Shown here one piece after another: positions 9,457-16,424 of a stretch of DNA of 26,866 nucleotides. The notes below the pieces were generated by a model. It made no database searches. It saw only the letters and a program-made list of their open reading frames with translations, and had not been told where the DNA came from. The stretch is from the NCBI GenBank assembly GCA_003135555.1, contig PLCF01000091.1:1-26866 (forward strand), in the 5' to 3' direction. Within the stretch, counting starts at the first letter, position 1, and each line of letters begins with the position of its first letter. The position numbers and the translations under genes were made by a program. Source of the DNA: Vulcanimicrobiota bacterium (GTDB lineage: Bacteria; Vulcanimicrobiota; Vulcanimicrobiia; Vulcanimicrobiales; Vulcanimicrobiaceae).

Positions 9457-10707
9457 ATGGCAAAACCCGAAGCCGCTCATGCGGGCTCGTTTCCATTGGC
9501 GTTCCATTCGATGCGCAACATCTCGTCGCCTGAAGACGTCGAAGCGAAGCGCCGCCGTTATGGTGGAACGGTCCCTTACACGGCAATCCTTGAGATCCCG
9601 AACGACGAGAACGTGCGCGAGTACCTCCCAACCGCGCAGGGCAAACAGCGCAAGACGAAGACAGCCGTCCATCGCGAGATGGAGCAGACCCTCCATGACC
9701 GTCCGCAAGACTTCGGCGTGCTCAACGGTGGTTTGGCCATCGTGTCGCGTGAGGTTTCTATCGACGATGCGCACAAGACCGCCTACTTGAAGTCGCCTAG
9801 CCTCATTAACGGCGCGCAGACGCAAGGTGTCCTGAAGGAGTACTACGAGGAAAACCTGCGCCGTGACAGGGTGCCTTTCCCTGTCAGCGTGCACGTTGAG
9901 ATCATCGTAACACTCGACGAGGACCTGATCGCCGACGTCTCAATCGCACGTAACTCTCAAAATGCTGTAGACATCATTTCCATCGTCGGCCGGAAAGGGC
10001 ATCTCGACGACATCGGGCGCTCGATGTTTGAGGCGAATCCACTGTGGAAGATCCGCAAGTCAGAGTCGGACTACGGCGATGTCGTCGACGGCTTTGTGCC
10101 GACGGAGAAGCTCATCATGGTCCTGTGGGCGATGGTACCGCCGCATCTGTGGCCAAATGCCCGCGAGACCGAAAACCCTTCGAAGGCATATACGTGGGTC
10201 TCGAAGGCTCGCTGCCTGCGTGACTTCGAGAAGCTCTACGTCGCAGCTCACGGCGGCACCGTCGACAAGATGTTTCGCAATGCGGATCGCGAGTTTGCGC
10301 GAGAGCTCTACCGATTCTTCGTTGACGCCGCACCGTTCGCTTGGAGCACCTACCTCCGCTGGAAGGCGCATCCCGACTTCGCTGGTTCGCGCCTCCAGGA
10401 TGGAATCACCCGCGATGGGAGCGACATCGTCGACGTCGCCGACGCGATCGTCTTTCCGATCCTTGCGGCCCTTTCGGTGTTTGTCGAACATACGGCAATC
10501 GGTTGGACTCTTGTGGTGCCGACCACAGTGTTCGAGGAAGCCGAGCTGGTTGACACCGTCAAGATCCTGTACCGCAGTCGTTCGATCGCGCACTCCGCAT
10601 GGGCTCTCGGTAAATCGGCCGACGCCTGGACGCAGATCTACATGACGACCGCGCAGGCAAAACGCATGGCCATCAAGGTCCATGAGAAGTTCGGCGTAAC
10701 GGCCTAG
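9457..10707 (+). CDS. AIPR (abortive infection phage resistance) family protein
   Basis: ENVREYL...MEQTL...FGVLNGGLAIV...SLINGAQT...ISIARNSQN-like pattern of the AIPR (ParB/Srx-related) domain. ATG 9457 preferred over TTG 9391. Confidence 0.82.
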   Translation: MAKPEAAHAGSFPLAFHSMRNISSPEDVEAKRRRYGGTVPYTAILEIPNDENVREYLPTAQGKQRKTKTAVHREMEQTLHDRPQDFGVLNGGLAIVSREVSIDDAHKTAYLKSPSLINGAQTQGVLKEYYEENLRRDRVPFPVSVHVEIIVTLDEDLIADVSIARNSQNAVDIISIVGRKGHLDDIGRSMFEANPLWKIRKSESDYGDVVDGFVPTEKLIMVLWAMVPPHLWPNARETENPSKAYTWVSKARCLRDFEKLYVAAHGGTVDKMFRNADREFARELYRFFVDAAPFAWSTYLRWKAHPDFAGSRLQDGITRDGSDIVDVADAIVFPILAALSVFVEHTAIGWTLVVPTTVFEEAELVDTVKILYRSRSIAHSAWALGKSADAWTQIYMTTAQAKRMAIKVHEKFGVTA

Positions 10708-10716
10708 CGGTCGACG

Positions 10717-10785
10717 GACCTCGGTCGGCAAAGGCGCACCGGTCACTCAGGCGGTGGGGGCGGTGCGCCTTGCTTTGCCGGGGTC
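10717..10785. terminator. Long inverted repeat between convergent genes (terminator-like or structured RNA)
   Basis: AAGGCGCACCG (10731-10741) pairs perfectly with CGGTGCGCCTT (10761-10771). CGGCAAA/TTTGCCG and GACCTCGG/CCGGGGTC can pair outside it. Confidence 0.55.
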
Positions 10786-10811
10786 GGTGTTCTCCTGATT
10801 CGCCACGAGGA

Positions 10812-11268
10812 TCATGCAAGCGCCGCTATAGCCTTGTCGAGCATCAGAACAGCATCTTCTGCGCCCCCCTTGATCTCATCGTGGAAGTCCCGCGTCCCCT
10901 GAGCGCGTTGCATTTCACTAATCCCCGGAAGCGATACGGCGCGACCGAAGGATCGCGGCTTGGACTATGCGCCCATCTTCGAAGCTTAGCGATCGAGCGC
11001 TATCGGTTCCGAAACCCCTTTCGAGTAGAACCGCGATTCCCGGATCGTCGTCGACGAAGCGTGCCATCGGATTCGCTGAAAGGGACACGAATCGAGCACG
11101 AATGTCGCTAAATAGATCACGCAGTTGTCGCCGAATCGCGTCGCGCATCAGCTTCTCATCACGCTTCTTCAAGCCAAGCGCGCTTCGATAGGCGATCAGG
11201 CCGCCCATAGCGGCGCCTAGCAGCGCGGCCACCAGCGGAACCAGAAGAGTCGGATCGACTGCTGCCAT
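10812..11268 (-). pseudogene. Single-TM hypothetical protein, apparently frameshifted at a G4 run
   Basis: ORF MAAVDPTLLVPLVAALLGAAMGGLIAY... stops at 10918. Removing one G from GGGG (10923-10926) extends it with ISEMQRAQGTRDFHDEIKGGAEDAVLMLDKAIAALA* to 10812. Confidence 0.55.
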
Positions 11269-12047
11269 TGTAGTCACATTCGCTCATCCCGTCCGATCTC
11301 TTGGAACAGCGCCGTCAGGTCCGGGCAGAACCATGAGCCGCCGTCGTGTGCAAGGCGAAATGGCTCGCGCTAGTAATCCGAGCCGTGAGGAAATGTTGCG
11401 AACCGCTGCACGACAAGAGCGACGATCGCCAGGATCCAGAACGTCGCCGCGTACGACATGGGCCGGCGCGTGCCGAGTACGTCCAATTCGGGCCTTACTT
11501 AGTACGCACCGACTACGATGAATGTCGGCAGACGCAGGTATCAGAATCGTGTTCTCAAACACGTCTGCGTTGTAGAGTGTTGCGAGGTACTAGTAGGCAC
11601 CAAGAAACGTGCCGAACTGGACACGCACATATGCGGCCATCGAAGGCGTGCCTTACGACCTGCGAGTAGCCGAGTATCGAAATAACCTAGTGAAATATGC
11701 TCGACCCGTTGATGAGATGGTGAGTCGCGCTCGCGTCTTGCTAGGCGACTGTTGGGACTGATTGGCGACGAGATCGCGGAGCATCCACGGCCGACGACCT
11801 GGCGGCAGAAGCTAGTGCGCTGTTTCCGAAAGCGTTAGCCTGAGGCGCAGTCGGATTGTCGCCCGCGTTTGACGATTAAAGGGTGTATAAACCTCCCGAG
11901 GAGAATGTCGTTTGGGCGGCGGACCGCCAGATGTCGCGCTTCGGAGAATGTCGGCTTGTCATAGTTTGCCAGCGCAGCGGGCTTCCCCGCCGTAGAAACG
12001 TCACCGCGCATGCAAGCCTCCAGTATTTGGCTTTTCGTCGCTAATAC

Positions 12048-13022
12048 ATGACGAAACGGGATCAAGCAGACCCTTCCCAATATAGAGTATACCGGCGAGA
12101 CAGGCTCCCCCCGAGCGGGCGCGCGCAGAATCTCAAAGGGCCATCGCGTCGGTCTGCCCTGGTCTCAGAAGCAATGCTGCTCGCAGTAGCGCCAGCCATT
12201 GCCTACGCATATGTCTATGCTCACAACGCGGCGTATCTTGCGGCGCTTTCTGTTCCAACGGTATTTGTCACCGTGGACATTTCGGCGGTGTTGTCTGTGT
12301 GTGCGATACTCTTACTCCTATTAGCGGCTCCGGTTGTGCTGTCGTTTGCCATGATGCCTGCGCGACGCAGGCCCAAGCGGGCGCGATACGAGAGGAGCTT
12401 CGTGGCCGCGCCCCGCGTATTGTCCGCCCTCGCATTGCTCTATGCGGTAGGGTCGTCGGTCCCCTGGCTTTCTAGCGAACCTAGCGGACTCGCTGCGCTA
12501 GCAACTTTCGCGCTATTCTTTCTCAGTGGGATTGGTTTCGGCGTTGTTCGTTTCATCCGACGGCTGAGGATCGTCAAGAGAAGGAAAAAGGCCTTGTTAC
12601 GGACCCTTCGTCGAATTCCGTGGTGGGAGAATCTGTGGTTTCTCAGGCCCAATCGATATGACCGGGCTTTCTCGCAATTGGGTCAACGGCGTTTGGTGTC
12701 ACTTGGCCTTGTTACACTGTTCTTGATGATGTCAAATGTCGCGGGCTATGCCGATGCGAGCAAATCCGACTGGCTGGTATTGAAGACGAGCCCAAGAAGA
12801 GTCGTGATTTTGAAGACGGGAGATTCGGTGCTGGCGGGCACGTTCGACCACAAGGTTCTCGGAAATAACTTTGCGGTTTACAAATTCGATAAAGACTTCC
12901 CAAACCCGATGGTGTTGGAGACCATTGGGCCGCTGCAGCCGCGCCAACGTCGAGGCGAACTATACAAGGCAGTGCAGGATCTAAAGAGTTCGCTGAACGG
13001 TTTGCCGTGGCCGCACCGCTGA
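12048..13022 (+). CDS. Hypothetical multi-pass membrane protein
   Basis: 324-codon ORF in low-GC DNA with about 5 hydrophobic segments, an Arg/Lys-rich loop and a beta-rich soluble C-terminus. Start uncertain. Confidence 0.75.
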   Translation: MTKRDQADPSQYRVYRRDRLPPSGRAQNLKGPSRRSALVSEAMLLAVAPAIAYAYVYAHNAAYLAALSVPTVFVTVDISAVLSVCAILLLLLAAPVVLSFAMMPARRRPKRARYERSFVAAPRVLSALALLYAVGSSVPWLSSEPSGLAALATFALFFLSGIGFGVVRFIRRLRIVKRRKKALLRTLRRIPWWENLWFLRPNRYDRAFSQLGQRRLVSLGLVTLFLMMSNVAGYADASKSDWLVLKTSPRRVVILKTGDSVLAGTFDHKVLGNNFAVYKFDKDFPNPMVLETIGPLQPRQRRGELYKAVQDLKSSLNGLPWPHR

Positions 13023-13212
13023 TGCGAACCGTGACGCCGTAATCGCGGTGCGAAGAATACCCGTTTGCTGCCGGGTAGAGTCTGTGAACAGAGTGGAATG
13101 AAGACGGACCGAAGCCTACCGCTGCGCAGCGCCTGCGGATCGGCACAAGCTCGGAGCCGATCGCGGCTCAGCGCCGTGTGCTGCCTCCGCGAACACCTGT
13201 GGATAGCCTGAC

Positions 13213-13269
13213 GGGAGGTCCGAACGCGGACGACGTAGCCTCCTTTCCGGGTCTCGTTGAGGAGGTGCC
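13213..13269 (+). promoter_or_regulatory. Structured leader with SD, anti-SD and anti-anti-SD
   Basis: SD AGGAGGT (13260-13266), complementary GCCTCCT (13238-13244), competing GGGAGG (13213-13218), inner hairpin GTCCG-aacg-CGGAC (13218-13231). Confidence 0.45.
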
Positions 13270-13677
13270 ATGGGCGATCACGCGGCGTTTGCCGAGCTGC
13301 TCCGAGCGCTCGCCCGGGAGCACGCGCGAACCTTGGTCGTCGGCGGCATCGCGCGCCGTCTGCACGGCGAGATCGCCGAATGCTACGACCACTGCCTGTG
13401 GTACGACGCCGACGACGACAACGCAGCGCGCGTCTATCGCGCGCTGTCACGCGTCGGCGCGCCGCTCGACGGGATCGAGGTGCCCGATCTCGCCGACGTG
13501 GACTACGAGTTCCGCCACGGCGAAGGCGAGGCCGAGATCTGCCTCTTCGGCGGTTTGGACGGCGTGACGTTCGCCGACGCCTGGGAGGAACGGCTCGAGA
13601 CACACTGGCGCGACGTCCCCATCTGCGTCATCGGCCGCAACACACTCCGCGCCACGGAACTCGCAGCCCGCCCCTGA
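13270..13677 (+). CDS. Nucleotidyltransferase-fold protein (DUF6036/AbiEii-like), catalytically degenerate
   Basis: LVVGG.A..LHG, NAARVYRAL..GAPL, DGVTF..AW..R, VPICVIG match small pol-beta-type NTases. Strong SD and host-like codon usage. Confidence 0.72.
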   Translation: MGDHAAFAELLRALAREHARTLVVGGIARRLHGEIAECYDHCLWYDADDDNAARVYRALSRVGAPLDGIEVPDLADVDYEFRHGEGEAEICLFGGLDGVTFADAWEERLETHWRDVPICVIGRNTLRATELAARP

Positions 13678-13678
13678 C

Positions 13679-14551
13679 TTAAAGCGTCGTCTTGCCGAGC
13701 GCGGACAGGATGAGCTCGACGGCGAGGATGGCGGTTTTGTTCTCGCGGTCGAGGATCGGGTTGATCTCGGTGATCTCCAGCGAGCCCAGCGTCCCGCTCG
13801 CGGCGACGCCCTCCATGAGCAGGTGGGACTCGCGGTAGGTGATCCCGCCGCGTACCGGCGTGCCGACCCCGGGCGCTTCCTGCGGATCGACGCCGTCCAT
13901 GTCGAAGCTCACGTGCACCGAGTTCGCGCCTTGCGCGACGATCCCGAGCGCCTCGTCGACCACGCGGCTCATCCCCAGCCGGTCGACGTCGGCCATCGTG
14001 AACGCCTTGACGCCGAGCTCGCGAATGGCGCGCTTCTCGCCCTCGTCCACGTCGCGCAAGCCGATGAACACCATGCGCTTGGGATCGACCGCGTGCGACT
14101 CCAGCGCGAAGTGGACCGGCATCCCGTGGACGTTGCCCGACGGCGAGGTCAGCGGGGTGTTGATGTCGCCGTGCGCGTCGACCCAGATCACCCCCGGGGC
14201 CTTGCCGCGCCCGCGCGCGACCCCCGAGATGGTTCCCATCGCGATCGAGTGGTCGCCGCCGAGGACCAGCGGAAAAGCGCCCCCGCGGATCACGTCCTCG
14301 ACCACCTGCGCGAGCTCGTCGCAGACAGCCTTGATGATCGGGTAGTACTTCGCGTTCTGCTCGTCGATCGTCGCCGACTCGGGGACCGGGACGCGCAGGT
14401 TCCCGCGATCGGTCACCACGATCCCGAGCTTCTCGAGCGACTCCTTGAGCCGCGCGTAGCGGATCGCCGACGGCCCCATGTCGACGCCGCGACGGTCGGC
14501 GCCCAGGTCCATGGGGACACCCACCACGTCCACCCTTGCGAAGCTGGTCAC
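13679..14551 (-). CDS. rocF: Arginase
   Basis: GVDMGPSAIR, LGGDHSIAMG, DAHGDINT, SGNVHGMP, SFDMDGVDP, PGVGTPV, EINP. GTG start at 14551 inferred. Confidence 0.95.
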   Translation of the reverse strand: MTSFARVDVVGVPMDLGADRRGVDMGPSAIRYARLKESLEKLGIVVTDRGNLRVPVPESATIDEQNAKYYPIIKAVCDELAQVVEDVIRGGAFPLVLGGDHSIAMGTISGVARGRGKAPGVIWVDAHGDINTPLTSPSGNVHGMPVHFALESHAVDPKRMVFIGLRDVDEGEKRAIRELGVKAFTMADVDRLGMSRVVDEALGIVAQGANSVHVSFDMDGVDPQEAPGVGTPVRGGITYRESHLLMEGVAASGTLGSLEITEINPILDRENKTAILAVELILSALGKTTL

Positions 14552-14605
14552 CCGCGGACCGTTCCGCGCGGACCGGATCGCTCCCGTGACGAAGCCCGCT
14601 CGCGC

Positions 14606-15235
14606 GTGTCCTGGCAAGATGTTCTCAGCTATGCGGGCTACGCGGCGGTGCTGCTGACGCTGGCCGCCTTCTTCATGACGGACACGATTCGGCTGCGCCA
14701 GCTCGCGCTCGGCAGCAACGTCGCGTTCGCGCTCTACGCCTGGGGCGTCCACCTGTATCCGACGCTGATACTGCACCTCGCGCTCTTCCCGCTCAACGCG
14801 GTTCGGCTGAGCCAACTGCTGCGCGAGAAGGACCTCATCGAGCGCGCCCTCCAGGCGAGCGAGGTCTCGCCGGCCTGGCTCAAGCCGTTCATGGCCCACC
14901 GCAGGTATGCGGCCGGCACGATCCTGTTCCATCGCGGCGATGCCGCGGACTGTATGTACTTCCTCGCCGAAGGACGCTTGCAGCTCGAAGAACTGGGGCT
15001 CGAGCTGCACCCCGGCGCACTCATCGGCGAGATCGGGCTGTTCTCCCCCGCGGGGACGCGCACGCAGACCGCGCGCGCGCTCGACGACGTCGTGACCTAC
15101 GTGATGCGGCGCGACGAAGCGCTCGCACTCTACCGGCGCGATCCGGCCTTCGGCATCTACCTCGTGCGGCTCATCACGAGCCGGCTCGTCGAAGACCTCG
15201 CGGCGGCGGAGGCGCATCGAGCGGAGCGTCGGTGA
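14606..15235 (+). CDS. Membrane protein with ~3 TM helices and a cyclic-nucleotide-binding domain (no HTH)
   Basis: N-terminal TMs (FFMTDTIRLR..ALGSNVAFALY), then LFHRGD.ADCMYFLAEG..IGEIGLF....RTQTARA. GTG 14606. Confidence 0.85.
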   Translation: MSWQDVLSYAGYAAVLLTLAAFFMTDTIRLRQLALGSNVAFALYAWGVHLYPTLILHLALFPLNAVRLSQLLREKDLIERALQASEVSPAWLKPFMAHRRYAAGTILFHRGDAADCMYFLAEGRLQLEELGLELHPGALIGEIGLFSPAGTRTQTARALDDVVTYVMRRDEALALYRRDPAFGIYLVRLITSRLVEDLAAAEAHRAERR

Positions 15236-16364
15236 GCGCGGTGTGCGCGTCCGCGACCGACACCGGTCGCGGCAACAGCTGTTCGCGCAGGACGCGAATC
15301 ATCGCCGCGACGGGAACGGCCAAGAAGGTCCCCGCCAGTCCGAACAGCTCGCTGAAGCCCAAGATCGAGATGACGATCCAGAACGGCGACAGCCCGACGT
15401 TGTCCTTGAGCACGCGCGGCGCGACAAAGTTCCCGTCGATCTGGTGGATCACCACGATCAGCCCGGCGACCAGCAACGCGTTTCCCCAGCCGTTGTAGGC
15501 GAGCGCGAGGCCGACGGCCGGCACGAAAGCGATGAGCGCGCCCGCGTACGGGATGAAGTTGAGCGCGCCGGACACCACCCCGATGAGCAGCGCGTACTTG
15601 ACGTGCGTGGAGTAGAGCATGATTGTCAGCATGGTGCCGAGGATCGTGCCGTCGATGAGCTGACCGCGAATGAACCCGCCCACGACCTTGTCGAGTTCCG
15701 CGATGATGGTCTCGGCCTTGGCGTGCTGCTTGGCCGGGATGAGCCCCAAGAAGTGGCGCTTGAGATTCTCGGCGTCGAGCAGCATGTACGCGGCGAGCAC
15801 CGGGACGACGATCGCCGTCGCCAGCACCGAAACCGTCGAGAGCACGACGGTGAGCGTCTTGCCGGCGGTGTCGAGCGCGTTGGTCTGCAGAAAACCCGCG
15901 AGTTGCGTCGGGAGCGAGGCCAGATACAGGCGCTCGTCCAGCGGCAGCCGGCGAAGGATCAGGTTGTTGGGATCTTGCAGCGTCTGACTGGCCTGGGCGA
16001 TCAACGCCGGGATCCCCTTGACCGCATCCTGCGCGTCCTTGACCAGCGGCGGGACGAGCAGCTGGAGGATCGCCGCGGCGACGACCGCGATCGCGACGTA
16101 GACGAACAGGATCGACACCACCAGCGGTAGCCGTTCGTTGAGCCGCCGTACCAGCGGGAAGACCAAGTACGCGAAGAACAGCGCGATGACGAACAGCATC
16201 GCCGTCGCCTTCACGTTGCCGAGAAACTCGAGAAAGCCGACAAGCAGGTAGATCGCGACCGCGATCAAGGCCAGGGTCTTGAGCCAGAACGTGACGCGGC
16301 GCTCGGCGCGCGACATCGGGCGGCGCGGGCGCGGGATATCCGGCGTACTGGCGGCGGGGCTCAC
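15174..16364 (-). CDS. AI-2E family transporter
   Basis: AYLVFPLV, GGFIRGQL, LNFIPYAG, QIDGNFVAPRV, GLAGTFLAVP. Start GTG 16364 or ATG 16316. Confidence 0.9.
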   Translation of the reverse strand: MSPAASTPDIPRPRRPMSRAERRVTFWLKTLALIAVAIYLLVGFLEFLGNVKATAMLFVIALFFAYLVFPLVRRLNERLPLVVSILFVYVAIAVVAAAILQLLVPPLVKDAQDAVKGIPALIAQASQTLQDPNNLILRRLPLDERLYLASLPTQLAGFLQTNALDTAGKTLTVVLSTVSVLATAIVVPVLAAYMLLDAENLKRHFLGLIPAKQHAKAETIIAELDKVVGGFIRGQLIDGTILGTMLTIMLYSTHVKYALLIGVVSGALNFIPYAGALIAFVPAVGLALAYNGWGNALLVAGLIVVIHQIDGNFVAPRVLKDNVGLSPFWIVISILGFSELFGLAGTFLAVPVAAMIRVLREQLLPRPVSVADAHTALTDAPLDAPPPPRGLRRAGS

Positions 16365-16424
16365 GAGCGCCTTCTTCCCCGAATGCGAGAGGCCGCCCCG
16401 CATCGACGTCGTAGCTCCGGCCCC

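Larger units (their letters stand above)
9031..13162. mobile_element. Lower-GC horizontally acquired islet (no integrase or transposase seen)
   Basis: Composition shift (12481-12540: 32/60 GC; flank 18301-18360: 46/60), many A/T-ending codons and CTAG sites, low coding density, defence-type gene. Boundaries approximate. Confidence 0.7.

Noticed and set aside
9137..9631. 164-aa minus-strand ORF upstream of AIPR
   Set aside because: Overlaps AIPR and its promoter and has no recognisable motif; at most a remnant.
230..10729. Identical 13-mer GACCTCGGTCGGC at 230-242 and 10717-10729, both just after stop codons
   Set aside because: Only two copies; 13-mer matches are expected by chance in 27 kb of GC-rich DNA.
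11869..11891. TTGACG...TATAAA as a sigma70 promoter
   Set aside because: The spacer is only 11 bp.
9031..13162. CRISPR array, tRNA, IS element or integrase in the islet
   Set aside because: No regularly spaced repeats, cloverleaf, terminal inverted repeats or recombinase motifs found by eye.
13198..13206. DnaA-box-like TGTGGATAG
   Set aside because: Single 8/9 match with no cluster or AT-rich unwinding element.
13679..15235. 512-aa and 470-aa ORFs suggesting extended arginase or cNMP proteins
   Set aside because: Each extension is the antisense of the other gene, a high-GC open-frame artefact.
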